Below, in pieces: positions 28,267-38,454 of a DNA stretch of 64,000 nt. A program made the translations under genes and the position numbers. A model generated the notes under the pieces. That model saw only the letters and a program-made list of their open reading frames with translations. It had not been told where the DNA came from and searched no databases. Position 1 is the stretch's first letter, and every line of letters begins with the position of its first letter. This DNA comes from an uncultured Actinomycetota bacterium (GTDB lineage Bacteria > Actinomycetota > Thermoleophilia > RBG-16-64-13), in the NCBI GenBank assembly GCA_963790415.1, contig CAWBOK010000003.1:404409-468408 (forward strand), given 5' to 3'.

Positions 28267-29034
28267 ATGGTCGTGAAACGCGCCGCGATTTTCGTCGTGC
28301 TCGTCGCGATAGGCGTCGTGCTGGTCGGCTGTGGTGGCAGCGCCTCCACTACCGATTCAGCGGCCGGGGGCGTGGGGACTTCTGTCGGCCAACCGGTCTC
28401 GGCCGGGACGGTGGTCACCTTCGTCACCGACGACGGGGTGACCCTGTCGGGGCGGCTGTTCGGCGGGCGGAATAGCGATGGCGCCGGCGTGGTGTTGGCG
28501 CATATGTACCCGGCCGACCAGACCAGCTGGTATGACTATGCCCGGAAGTTGGCGGACGACGGCTATATGGCCCTCACGTTCGATTTCCGCGGATACGGGG
28601 AGTCGGGCGGCAGCAGGCAGATCGACCGGATCGATCGAGACGTGGCGGCCGCCCTGGACGAGCTGCGGGCGCAGGGCGTGGCGCGCGTGGTTCTGGTGGG
28701 TGCGTCGATGGGAGGAACCGCGGCGTTGATGGTGGCGGCTCGGCAACCGGTCGAGGGAGTGATCGCTCTCTCTGCTCCGGTGGAATTCAGAGGCCTCTCG
28801 GCCAAGGATGCGGTGACACAGGTGATGGCTCCGAAGTTGTTCGTAGGGGCTGAGGACGATGCGGGCGGCCCGGCCGCCCGCGAACTGGGCGCTATGGCCT
28901 CGGAGCCGAAGGAAGTGGCGGTGTTCCCGGGCAGCGACCACGGCACCGACCTGCTCCAGGGAGATCAAGGAGTCGCCGTTCTGGCGCGCATGAAGGAGTT
29001 CCTGGCCCGCAACGTCGCGGGGAGCACGCCCTGA
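28267..29034 (+). CDS. alpha/beta-hydrolase lipoprotein (dienelactone-hydrolase-like)
   Basis: Lipobox LVGCGG, nucleophile elbow GASMGG, catalytic His near the C-terminus (GSDHG). Confidence 0.65.
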   Translation: MVVKRAAIFVVLVAIGVVLVGCGGSASTTDSAAGGVGTSVGQPVSAGTVVTFVTDDGVTLSGRLFGGRNSDGAGVVLAHMYPADQTSWYDYARKLADDGYMALTFDFRGYGESGGSRQIDRIDRDVAAALDELRAQGVARVVLVGASMGGTAALMVAARQPVEGVIALSAPVEFRGLSAKDAVTQVMAPKLFVGAEDDAGGPAARELGAMASEPKEVAVFPGSDHGTDLLQGDQGVAVLARMKEFLARNVAGSTP

Positions 29035-30038
29035 TCGCCTGCCCACGACTCTTCCTCACCCGCTTCGTTCCCGACCCGGGCCTGCCGCTGTTGCGCGAAG
29101 TCTTCGAACTGCTCGGTAATGTCGAGGATAGGGCGCTTTCGCGGGAGGAGCTTCTGGCCGGGATCCCGGGCGTGGAGGTGCTGCTCTGCACTCCCGCCGA
29201 CCGTGTCGACGCCGAACTGATGGACGCCGCGGGACCGAGTCTGCGGGTGATCTCCAACTACGCGGTCGGCTACGACAACGTCGACATCCCGGCCGCCACA
29301 GCGCGCGGTATCCTGGTCGCGAACACGCCGGGCGTGCTCACCGAGACCACGGCCGACCTGGCCTGGGCCCTCATCTTGGGAGCGTCACGTCGCGTGGCCG
29401 AAGGCGACGCTCTCGTGCGGCGCGGAGACTTCCGCGGCATCTTCCCCACGTTCATGCTGGGGCGCGATGTCAACGGCAAGACCCTCGGCATCGTGGGCAT
29501 GGGTCGCATCGGAATGGCGGTCGCCCGCCGGGCGTTCGGGTTCGGTATGCCCGTTCTGTACGCGCGTCGCTCGGGGCCGGTGGCGCCGGAACTCGTGCCG
29601 ACCGGAGCGTCGTGGCAGCATTGCGAGTCCCTCGACATGCTCCTTGTAGCCGCGGATATCGTCAGCGTGCACGTGCCGCTCTCGCCGGTCACGCGGCATC
29701 TGATCGGAGCTTCAGAGTTGGCGCTCATGCGGCCGGGGTCGGTGCTGGTGAACACGTCCCGCGGCGCGGTCCTGGACGAGGTCGCGCTGGTGGATGCGCT
29801 CCGTACGGGGCCTCTCGGGGCCGCCGGGCTCGACGTGTACGAAGACGAACCTCGGCTCTCTCCCGGTCTGGCCGATCTGCCCAACACCGTCCTGCTGCCG
29901 CACGTGGGAAGCGCTACCGTCGAGACCCGAGGCCGGATGGCGGAACTCGCCGCTCGGAACGCCATCGCCGCCGTGCGGGGCGAATCGGTGCCGCACCCGG
30001 TCAACCCCGACGTGCTCGCGCGGCAGCACCACCGCTGA
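29031..30038 (+). CDS. D-isomer-specific 2-hydroxyacid dehydrogenase (glyoxylate/hydroxypyruvate reductase-like); start codon uncertain
   Basis: GxGxxG (GIVGMGRIG), catalytic R/E/H region, SNYAVGYDNVD. Homology extends upstream of the first ATG/GTG/TTG to about LIACPRLFLTRFVPDPG, where there is no canonical start. Confidence 0.7.
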   Translation: MIACPRLFLTRFVPDPGLPLLREVFELLGNVEDRALSREELLAGIPGVEVLLCTPADRVDAELMDAAGPSLRVISNYAVGYDNVDIPAATARGILVANTPGVLTETTADLAWALILGASRRVAEGDALVRRGDFRGIFPTFMLGRDVNGKTLGIVGMGRIGMAVARRAFGFGMPVLYARRSGPVAPELVPTGASWQHCESLDMLLVAADIVSVHVPLSPVTRHLIGASELALMRPGSVLVNTSRGAVLDEVALVDALRTGPLGAAGLDVYEDEPRLSPGLADLPNTVLLPHVGSATVETRGRMAELAARNAIAAVRGESVPHPVNPDVLARQHHR

Positions 30039-30051
30039 GGAGCCCGCGCCG

Positions 30052-30705
30052 ATGATCGACAAGAAGACGCAGGGCCGACGTCGGCTTGGCTTGTTGGCTG
30101 CGGTCATCCTGCTGGTTCTCGTAGTCGCCCTGGTGGTGCGTGGAGGATGTGGGGACGGCGGTATAGCCGGATTGGGATCCGGCGGCATCGGCGGCACAAA
30201 GACCACCGCCGTGAAGGCCAAAGTGGGAGAGACCGTGAAGGTGGAGGGTGCGGAAGCCGTGGTCACCGCATTTTCCTCAACTGACCATCCTGCGCGACCC
30301 GTACAGCCACTGCGCGCGGGCGTCGCTGTGCCCGCGCGCGCGGGCGAGACCTTCTACCAGGCCTACGTGTGGATCAAGAACGACGGCACCTCGGTGGTCA
30401 GAGTCGATCCGCGCGACTTCGACCTCGTGGTGGGTGATGGATACGTGTCCGTCGACCCCTCTAGGACCGGCCCACCCGCCCGCTCGCTCTTGCCCGGCGC
30501 GTCGCTGGATCTCATCGTGACGTTCCGCGCACCGGCGGGAAAGGACGCCGATCTCCGCTGGCGGCCTGCCGGCAGCGGCATGGCGATAACGTTCACCGGC
30601 GAGCGGAAGCCCGCGGGAATGACCGGTCTTCTCGGTGGCAGTACCGCGGTGAGCGGCGCGGCCGCGATCGACCGCTGGGGCGTCGTCATGAGGGGGCTTT
30701 CGTGA
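30052..30705 (+). CDS. DUF4352-like secreted/membrane-anchored protein
   Basis: N-terminal transmembrane anchor, Gly-rich linker, then VKVEGAEAVVTAF...YVWIKNDGTSVVRVDPRDFDLVVGDG beta-sandwich motif. Confidence 0.5.
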   Translation: MIDKKTQGRRRLGLLAAVILLVLVVALVVRGGCGDGGIAGLGSGGIGGTKTTAVKAKVGETVKVEGAEAVVTAFSSTDHPARPVQPLRAGVAVPARAGETFYQAYVWIKNDGTSVVRVDPRDFDLVVGDGYVSVDPSRTGPPARSLLPGASLDLIVTFRAPAGKDADLRWRPAGSGMAITFTGERKPAGMTGLLGGSTAVSGAAAIDRWGVVMRGLS

Positions 30706-30715
30706 AGGAGTCTTC

Positions 30716-31150
30716 GTGAGACGAGTCTGGGTGTTGTTGGTGGTGGCGGCTGTCGTGTCCGGCGTGGCGGCGTACCTCTACTACTTCGCCTGGCCGGAGT
30801 CTCTGCTCGACACCACGCGCATCGCGTCGTACTCGTACGGAGCACAGGGAGTGAATCCTCTCGAATACACGAAGGTCACCCGGGCCGACGATCCCGCCAC
30901 GTTCGACAGACTGATGGCACTCGTGCGCGACGCGCCGGTGGCCCGCCCGCAGGTGACTCGTGCTCCGGGGCGACTCATGCTCATCCTGCACCGAGACGAC
31001 GGCCTGCAATACCGCCTCTTCCTCGACGGACCCCGGGGCGACGGCACCTGGCAGGTGGGCGTCTCCGAGGGCGACGAGAGTTACCTGGGGACTCTCGACC
31101 AGCCTCAGCTTGTCGAGTTGCTGCGGGGGTTCGAGGCCAAGCTGCCCTGA
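30716..31150 (+). CDS. hypothetical membrane-anchored protein
   Basis: GTG start, single N-terminal transmembrane helix, ordinary composition. Confidence 0.35.
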   Translation: MRRVWVLLVVAAVVSGVAAYLYYFAWPESLLDTTRIASYSYGAQGVNPLEYTKVTRADDPATFDRLMALVRDAPVARPQVTRAPGRLMLILHRDDGLQYRLFLDGPRGDGTWQVGVSEGDESYLGTLDQPQLVELLRGFEAKLP

Positions 31151-31456
31151 CCGTCGCTTCGTGGCAGCCTCTGCATCTCACCAGCGGCCTGCTTGAAATC
31201 GGCATCGATCCGATGGGCTGTAGGTCGGCGAAGACGCGGTAGCGGTCGTACTCCCGTTCCGCCTTGGCCATGTCGGCGAAGGTCGTTGCACGACGGCACC
31301 ATGGAAGTGCGTGCAGCGTATCTCTGCGCTGGAAACAGACTGCTGGGTTCGCCTGCCGCGCAGCTACACCGCTGCCTGCGTGGGTCGGTTCACACCCGCT
31401 CTGCTCGCGGAATCCGGGGAGCGACGAGCCGCTCGGCACGGCTACGACGCTCCAGG

Positions 31457-31840
31457 TCACTTCGCGGGCACCAACTCCACGGCGTAGCCGTCGGGGTCCT
31501 CGACGAAGGCGATCACCGTTGTGCCAGCGTTCATGGCTTTGGGCTCGCGCCGGATCGTGCCGCCGCGCGCGCGGACTTCCTCCACCGTGGCCCTCACGTC
31601 GTCGACCTCGAGGGCCAGATGGCCGAAGCCCGTGCCGAGTTCGTACTCGTGGGTGTCCCAGTTGTGGGTGAGTTCGAGGAGAGCGGCCTCGGGCTCGTCG
31701 CCGAACCCGACGAAGGCCAGCGTGAACCGGCCCTCGGGGAAGTCCAGTCGGCGGTGCAGCTTCATGCCGAGAATCCGCGTGTAGAAGTTGAGGGAACGCT
31801 CGAGGTCGGTGACGCGGATCATGGTGTGTGCGATGCGCAT
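31457..31840 (-). CDS. gloA: glyoxalase I / VOC-family lactoylglutathione lyase
   Basis: MRIAHTMIRVTDLERSLNFYTRILGMKL...GFGHLALEVDDV...GYAVELV. Confidence 0.8.
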   Translation of the reverse strand: MRIAHTMIRVTDLERSLNFYTRILGMKLHRRLDFPEGRFTLAFVGFGDEPEAALLELTHNWDTHEYELGTGFGHLALEVDDVRATVEEVRARGGTIRREPKAMNAGTTVIAFVEDPDGYAVELVPAK

Positions 31841-32033
31841 CGAGTGGTACCTCCGGCGGGCGTTATCGGTTTCTCGTCTGAGAACCTACCCTGCTTCCGC
31901 CGGTCCCACTCTGGGGACCTAGGAACAGCTGTGCCCTGGCACCTCACCCCGCCGCCGTCTATCATGGTGTCTCCGCGCGGCGCCACAGCATCACGCGGTC
32001 TACACGTCGCAGTCGCGGTCGAGAGGACGGCAC

Positions 32034-32451
32034 ATGCTCACCCGCATCGATCATCTCGGCATCGCCGTCACCGACCTGGACGAGGCCCTCGCACTCTACG
32101 GCGGAGCCTTCGCCCTCGTGACGCACCACCGGGAGATCCTCGAGGACCAGGGGGTGGAGGCCGTCGCCCTGCAGGTGGGCGAGAGCACCATCGAGCTGCT
32201 CCGCCCCATCCGCGACGATTCCCCGGTCGCCCGCTTTCTGGCTGAACGCGGGCCCGGGCATCCACCACGTGGCCTACCGGGTCGACGACATCGAGGCCGC
32301 GCTGTCCGCGTTGCAGGAGGCCGGCGTGCGATTGATCGACCAGACTCCGCGGACAGGCCTGGCGGGAACGAGGATCGCGTTCGTGCATCCGAAAAGCACG
32401 TTCGGAGTGCTGTCGGAGCTGGTGCAGCGCGCAGGGGTCGTTCCAGAATGA
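32034..32451 (+). CDS. mce: methylmalonyl-CoA epimerase (VOC family) with a +1 frame change near 32240
   Basis: N-terminal 75 aa in ORF 32034 (MLTRIDHLGIAVTDLDEA...FLAERGPG). The remainder HHVAYRVDDIEAALSALQEAGVRLID...FVHPKSTFGVLSELV is in ORF 32269..32451. Junction lies in a gggcccggg run. Confidence 0.7.
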
Positions 32452-34110
32452 CGCTTCGGCCTCGGGGCGGTGAGGAAGCGGAGGGAGGCTGCGTGGCACG
32501 AGGGTCTGGCGAGAGCACCGACGACCGGAGGGTCACCGATTCCGGCATCGAGGTCCGGCCCGTCTACGGATGGGACGATCTGGACGGCAAAGACTGGCCG
32601 GGCGACGTCGGCGCTCCCGGGGAGTTCCCCTTCACCCGCGGAGTCTACCCCGACATGTATCGCAGTGCGGCCCTGGACCATGCGCCAGTATGCCGGTTTT
32701 GCCTCGGCCGAGGAGTCCAACCGGCGCTATCACTACCTGCTCGAGCACGGCCAGACAGGTCTCTCGGTGGCCTTCGACCTGCCCACGCAGATGGGCTACG
32801 ACTCCGACCATCCCCTGGCCGAGGGGGAGGTGGGGAAAGTCGGCGTGGCCATCGACTCGCTGCGCGATATGGAGACGCTGTTCGCCGGCATCCCGCTGGA
32901 CAAAGTCTCGACCTCCATGACCATCAACGCACCGGCCGCCATCCTGTTGCTCATGTACGAGCTGGTGGCCGAGCAGCAGGGTGCCGACACGCGGGAGCTG
33001 CGGGGCACCATCCAGAACGACGTGCTCAAGGAATACGTGGCCCGGGGCACCTTCATCTTCCCTCCGGCGCCATCGATGCGTCTGATCACCGACATCTTCA
33101 AGTACTGCCAGGCGGAACTGCCGCGCTGGAACACCATCTCCATCTCCGGCTACCACATCCGGGAGGCCGGCTCGACGGCGGCGCAGGAACTGGCTTTCAC
33201 GCTGGCGAACGGCATCGCCTACGTGCAGGCCGCCGTTGACGCGGGCTTGGCGGTGGACGCCTTCGCCGGACAACTCTCCTTCTTCTTCAACGCCCACAAC
33301 CACTTCCTGGAGGAGGTGGCCAAGTATCGGGCGGCCCGGCGCATGTGGGCCCGGATCATGCGGAACCGCTTCGGAGCGGTCGACCCCAAGAGCCAGATGC
33401 TGCGCTTCCACACCCAGACGGCCGGCTGCACGCTCACCGCTCAGCAGCCCCACAACAACATCGTCCGCGTGGCGCTGCAGGCACTGGCGGCGGTGATGGG
33501 GGGCACGCAGTCGCTGCACACCAACTCCTTCGACGAAGCGCTGGCCCTTCCGTCGGACGAATCGGTCACGGTCGCGCTGCGCACGCAGCAGATCATCGCC
33601 TGCGAGACGGGTTTGGTCGACACGGTCGACCCCTTCGCAGGCTCGTTCGCGGTGGAACGGCTCACCGACGAGTTGGAGGAGAAGGCCCTGGAGTTGATGA
33701 GTCACGTGGAGCAGCTGGGCGGCTCGGTGCGGGCGATCGAGCAGGGCTACATGCAGCGGGAGATCGAGGATGCCGCCTACGCCTATCAGATGGCGGTGGA
33801 GCGCGACGAGAAGGTAATCGTGGGGGTCAACCGCTTCACAACCGGCGAGAAGGTCAAGATGAATCTGCTGCGCGTCGACCCAAAGGTGCAACAGCAGCAG
33901 GAAGAACGGCTGGCGGCGCTGCGGGCGGAGAGAGACCCCATCGCTGTGGAGCGGGCCCTGGCCGCCCTCCGCGCCGCCGCCCGCACATCCGACAACCTGC
34001 TCTACCCCATGAAGCACGCTTTGCGCGCCTACGCCACCCTGGGCGAGGTCATCGGGGTACTGCGTCAAGAGATGGGCGAGTTCAAAGCCCGGGAGGCCAT
34101 GCATTTCTAA
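32448..34110 (+). CDS. methylmalonyl-CoA mutase, catalytic (N-terminal/large) domain protein, with a +1 frame change near 32690
   Basis: [13 protein letters not shown]...[11 protein letters not shown] is in the frame of ORF 32034. [25 protein letters not shown]...[10 protein letters not shown]...HTNSFDEAL is in ORF 32470..34110. ATGA overlap with the mce stop. Confidence 0.8.
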
Positions 34111-35264
34111 TGGATCTATACGAGTACCAGGGAAAAGAGCTCTTGCGGAGCGTGGGGATCGAGACTCCCGAGGGACGGGTGGCGACGTCCCCGGCGCGGG
34201 CGGCCGCCGCGGCTGCCGACCTGGGTGGCGGTGTGGTGGTGAAAGCCCAGGTGCTCGTGGGAGGCCGCGGCAAGGCCGGCGGCATCGTGCGGGCCGAGGA
34301 ACCCGAGGACGCCCGCGAGGCGGCCCGGCATATCCTCGGCATGACCATCGGCGGTCTCGGCGTGCACCGTGTGCTGGTGGAGAAGGCGGCCCGCATGGAG
34401 CGCGAGCTCTATGCCGCGGTCGTCTTCGATCGCGGAGCAAAGAAAGCGCTGGCCATGCTGTCCGGCATGGGCGGCATGGACGTGGAGGACCTGGCGCGCG
34501 AGCACCCGCATGCCATCGCCCGTGTGTATGTGGACCCGCTCGCCGGGTGGAGCACCTACCACGGGTGCAGGCTGCTGTTTGAGGCCGGTCTCGAGGTCGA
34601 GCTGCTGCGGCCCGTATGCGACCTGTTCGCCCGCCTGTTTGAAGCGTTCACCCGCTACGAGGCCCTATTGGTGGAAGTGAACCCGCTGGCGGTGGTCGCC
34701 GGTCGTCTGGTAGCGCTCGACTGCAAGCTCACCGTGGACAACAACGCCTTGTTCCGCCATCGGCACGTCGCCCACATGATGGATATCCACCTGGCTGATC
34801 CCCAAGAGGTCATGGCCCGCGAGCGTGGGGTCACCTATGTGAAGATCGGTGGCGACGTGGGCATCCTCGGGAACGGCGCGGGACTGGTCATGAGCACGCT
34901 CGATGTGGTCGCCGAGGCGGGCGGAGCTCCGGCCAACTTCCTGGATGTGGGCGGTGGCGCCAAGGAAGAGGAGATCGTCACGGCGCTCGAGGTGCTCACG
35001 TCGGATTCCGAGGTGCGGACGATCCTGTTCAACATCTTCGGCGGCATCACTCGCTGCGACGAGGTGGCCCGGGGCATCCTCACGGCCATCAGCCGGATGG
35101 GTATCACGATGCCCATAGTGGTGCGCCTGGAGGGCACGAACGAGGTCGAAGGCAGGGTCATCATCGCCGACGCCATTGCCGGCGGGGCGACGAATCTGTT
35201 CGTGGAGGAGACCATGCGGGGTGCGGCCACCCGCGCAGTCGCACTGGCGCGGGGGGTGGTGTGA
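34110..35264 (+). CDS. sucC: succinyl-CoA synthetase beta subunit
   Basis: [13 protein letters not shown]-terminus, ATP-grasp motifs, intact 384 aa, start overlaps the mutase stop. Confidence 0.9.
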   Translation: MDLYEYQGKELLRSVGIETPEGRVATSPARAAAAAADLGGGVVVKAQVLVGGRGKAGGIVRAEEPEDAREAARHILGMTIGGLGVHRVLVEKAARMERELYAAVVFDRGAKKALAMLSGMGGMDVEDLAREHPHAIARVYVDPLAGWSTYHGCRLLFEAGLEVELLRPVCDLFARLFEAFTRYEALLVEVNPLAVVAGRLVALDCKLTVDNNALFRHRHVAHMMDIHLADPQEVMARERGVTYVKIGGDVGILGNGAGLVMSTLDVVAEAGGAPANFLDVGGGAKEEEIVTALEVLTSDSEVRTILFNIFGGITRCDEVARGILTAISRMGITMPIVVRLEGTNEVEGRVIIADAIAGGATNLFVEETMRGAATRAVALARGVV

Positions 35265-36154
35265 TGGCTATCGTCATCGACGAGAAGAGCAGGATCGTCG
35301 TGCAGGGCCTCACCGGGAGGGAAGGTTCGTTCCACGCCCAGCGCAACCGAACGTACGGCACGAACGTGGTAGCCGGAGTCACTCCCGGCAAGGGTGGGCA
35401 ACAGGTGGAGGGCATCCCGGTGTTCGACACGGTGCGGTCGGCTGTGGACGCCACCGCCGCCGACGTCTCCCTGGTCTTCGTCCCCCCCCGCGCGGCCACC
35501 GACGCCATCTACGAGGCGGTCGACGCGGGCATCGGCACGGTCGTGGTGATCACCGAAGGTATCCCCGCGCACGACATGCTGCGGGTTTACAACTATCTGC
35601 AGTGTCGTGCGGTCACGCTGATCGGACCCAACTGCCCGGGCGTCATCTCGCCGGGCAAGGCGAACGTGGGCATCATGCCGTTCCAGATCTTCATGCCCGG
35701 GCCGGTGGGCATCGTCAGCCGCTCGGGCACCCTCACCTATCAGATCGCCAATGAACTCACCCATCGAGGCATCGGCCAGTCCAGCGCGGTCGGCATCGGC
35801 GGGGACCCCATCGTGGGGTCCACCTACGTCGACATCCTTGCCCTCTACGAGGCCGACCCGGAAACGCGGTTGATCGTCATGGTAGGGGAGATCGGCGGCG
35901 ACGAGGAAGAGACGGCGGCGCGCTACATCGCCGAGCACATGACCAAGCCGGTGGTGGGCTACGTCGCCGGTTTCACCGCTCCTCCGGGCAAGCAGATGGG
36001 CCACGCCGGAGCCATCATCTCAGGTTCGTCGGGAACCGCGCGCGCCAAGCAGATGGCGATGGAGGCGGCAGGCATGCGGGTGGGCTCCGACCCTACCGAC
36101 GTCGCGGAACTGGTGGCGGAGGTGCTGGCTACATCGACTCCATGTTCCAGATGA
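35261..36154 (+). CDS. sucD: succinyl-CoA synthetase alpha subunit
   Basis: CoA-binding GxTGxxG (QGLTGREG), active-site His region (SRSGTLTYQ...GHAGAII). Confidence 0.9.
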   Translation: MMAIVIDEKSRIVVQGLTGREGSFHAQRNRTYGTNVVAGVTPGKGGQQVEGIPVFDTVRSAVDATAADVSLVFVPPRAATDAIYEAVDAGIGTVVVITEGIPAHDMLRVYNYLQCRAVTLIGPNCPGVISPGKANVGIMPFQIFMPGPVGIVSRSGTLTYQIANELTHRGIGQSSAVGIGGDPIVGSTYVDILALYEADPETRLIVMVGEIGGDEEETAARYIAEHMTKPVVGYVAGFTAPPGKQMGHAGAIISGSSGTARAKQMAMEAAGMRVGSDPTDVAELVAEVLATSTPCSR

Positions 36155-37172
36155 CCTGGGCGCACTCGCCTCGGGTGGCCGCGCCGAACCAGTCGTAGGG
36201 CGTCGCGATACCGTCGAGGAGGCCGTAGTACGCCGCGACCCGTGCCCAGGGGTAGTGCGTGGCGTCGAAGCTGCCGAACGGCGGCACGTACGTATCGGGG
36301 ACCGGCGGGAGGTATCCCGCCGCGAACCGCGTGACCATGGTGACGACCTGGGCAAACTTGATCGGTGCATCCGGATCGAAGGTATTGGGTGTGAGGCCGG
36401 TCGTGATGCCGGCGACGGCCGCTGCGGCGATGTACTCGTTGGGGTAGAGATCGTCGGGGTCGTCGGCCGGCAGGTCCGTGAACGGAGAGGTCAGCGCTTC
36501 GGTCACGGCGAGGTGCCCGGCAAGCGCGATCATCTTCGCGAACTGTTGCCGTTTGACGAGATCATCGGGACCGAATCTTCCATCGGCATAGCCGTTCACG
36601 TAGGCTGCGCGTGCCATGCCCATGATGGCGTCATGATGGCGATGGTCTGTCGGCACGTCGGGGAATTCGGATACGGTATTGGTCCAGTACACCCGCAACT
36701 TGTAGGCGTCGGCGCTCGAGAAGTCACCGTCGTCTTCGCCTTTGACCATCACGTAGAGTCTGGCTGGTCCTGTCACGTCGCCTTCGAGCTGCAGTCTACC
36801 TGCCCACGGCCGGCTCTGGGTCCACTGCGGCCAGACGAGGCCTGACGGCACACCGGGCAAGGATAGGGCGACGGCTGCAGTGTAGTCGCGCCCCTGAGGC
36901 ACATCCAGGGCGACGGTGACCTGGTGAGGGGAGCCTACAGCCGGCACGGGGATGTCGAAGAAGTCGATATCGCCGGCGTGCCCGATCAAGCTCTGCGCCT
37001 GGATCCACCACCCCAAGTGAGTCGCAGATACCACGTCGTCGTCTGCGGGTTCGTCGGGATCTGTGGCCGCGAGGGCCGGGTCAGCGGGGAGGAGCAGAAG
37101 AAGAAGCGTAGCAATCAGGAGGAGCAGCGCAAGGAGCAACAGGTTGTGGCTGTGCCGGCGGACGGCGACCAT
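36129..37172 (-). CDS. secreted SLH-domain protein
   Basis: Leu-rich signal peptide (LLLLALLLLIATLLLLLL) and three C-terminal SLH repeats. Confidence 0.7.
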   Translation of the reverse strand: MVAVRRHSHNLLLLALLLLIATLLLLLLPADPALAATDPDEPADDDVVSATHLGWWIQAQSLIGHAGDIDFFDIPVPAVGSPHQVTVALDVPQGRDYTAAVALSLPGVPSGLVWPQWTQSRPWAGRLQLEGDVTGPARLYVMVKGEDDGDFSSADAYKLRVYWTNTVSEFPDVPTDHRHHDAIMGMARAAYVNGYADGRFGPDDLVKRQQFAKMIALAGHLAVTEALTSPFTDLPADDPDDLYPNEYIAAAAVAGITTGLTPNTFDPDAPIKFAQVVTMVTRFAAGYLPPVPDTYVPPFGSFDATHYPWARVAAYYGLLDGIATPYDWFGAATRGECAQVIWNMESM

Positions 37173-37251
37173 CGTAGCCCCCTTCCTATAATGATGCTGC
37201 TTCCACTCTACGGCAGGAGAGCCTGTCTTCGCAAGGGGTCCGAGGTGCTTC

Positions 37252-38454
37252 CTACGACAGCCCCTTCTCGTCGAGGATACGCCTGTGGAGGGTGACGAAA
37301 TCCAGCGCCAGGTGCGGCGACACGTCCGCTCGGGCACGCAGCCCGGCCGCCCCGGTGGGGCAACGCGGCACGCAGACTCCGCAGCCGATGCACCAGTCGA
37401 GGTCGACCACCGCGATCGTGTCGCCCAGACGCTCCGCGGCCTGGCCGCTTCCGCTTCGTGGCTCCAGACTCAGCGCCGCCACCGGGCACACTTCCGCGCA
37501 GCGTCCGCATCCGGTGCACTTGTCGCCGACGGTGGTGCGCAGGAAGTAGGTGGCCATCAGCACGTCGCGGGGGATCTTGCGCCGCCGGATACTGCCCACG
37601 TTCCAGCAGGCGCACCCGCAGCAGTTGCAGTTGTGCTTGACGTTGCCTTCGGCGTTGTCGACGAAGTGAACCAGCCCAGCTTCTTCGCTCCGGCGGATGA
37701 CATCGAACGCTCCGGCGCGATCGATCTCTCGGCCCAGACCCCGTTCAATCAGGTACTCGGCCAAGTCGTCGAACTTCATGCAGACGTCCTCGGGATGGTC
37801 GCACGCTCGGCCCCGCAGCCGAAGCGTCACCCGGCAGGGGCAATGCGCGAGGGCGAAGGTCTGCGCCTGCTCGAGGATAGGCGTCATCGCGTGGGCGGGC
37901 AGCACGGCCTGCAGTCCCTCGTCGAGAGAAACATCCACCGGCACGTACCGGTAGGGTTTTGTGGTCGTCCCCCCGTATGCCTCCCGGGTGACTTCTCGGT
38001 TGAAGTACTTGATGACTAGATCGGCCATGGCGGCCGACTCAGGCTTGCGTCCGCCGTCCCAGAGCAGGGTCTGGGGGAACCCGAAGCCCACCTGCAGGAG
38101 GCCGTAGCCCCGCTCGCCTTCGAGTGTCGTTCCCGCGAAGAGCAGGCCCCGCGTGGCGAGGTCTTCAAGCGTCCGAGCTATCTCGGCGGCGTCGAGAGGT
38201 GGGTTCACGGGACGGTCGCCCGCGCCGGCCCGCCCGACGGCCTGGGCCGCCGATATGACTTCCAGTGGCGTCACGGCTGTAGGAAGTAGGAGGGCGACTT
38301 CCGCTTCGGCGGAAGTCAGCAACGTGCGCAGGAATTCCAGGAGTTCCGGTCGGGGCGGATAGCCCATTCCCAAGGCAGAGAGGTGTTTCGCCAAGCGCTC
38401 GTGGGCGTCAGGGCCGGCCGGCTCCTCGCCCAGAGAATCGGCTCGGTCGGTCAC
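37252..38454 (-). CDS. 4Fe-4S ferredoxin-domain protein with CNCCGCAC motif and two CxxCxxCxxxCP clusters
   Basis: HNCNCCGCACWN, CTGCGRCAEVCP and CIGCGVCVPRCP motifs. Start uncertain; a GTG at 38454 would overlap the cyclase stop. Confidence 0.55.
   Translation of the reverse strand: MTDRADSLGEEPAGPDAHERLAKHLSALGMGYPPRPELLEFLRTLLTSAEAEVALLLPTAVTPLEVISAAQAVGRAGAGDRPVNPPLDAAEIARTLEDLATRGLLFAGTTLEGERGYGLLQVGFGFPQTLLWDGGRKPESAAMADLVIKYFNREVTREAYGGTTTKPYRYVPVDVSLDEGLQAVLPAHAMTPILEQAQTFALAHCPCRVTLRLRGRACDHPEDVCMKFDDLAEYLIERGLGREIDRAGAFDVIRRSEEAGLVHFVDNAEGNVKHNCNCCGCACWNVGSIRRRKIPRDVLMATYFLRTTVGDKCTGCGRCAEVCPVAALSLEPRSGSGQAAERLGDTIAVVDLDWCIGCGVCVPRCPTGAAGLRARADVSPHLALDFVTLHRRILDEKGLS

Noticed and set aside
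30981-31460. 159-aa minus-strand ORF across the 31150-31460 intergenic region
   Set aside because: Mostly Arg-rich and overlapping the upstream hypothetical gene. Only a short central segment looks protein-like, which is insufficient to call a gene.
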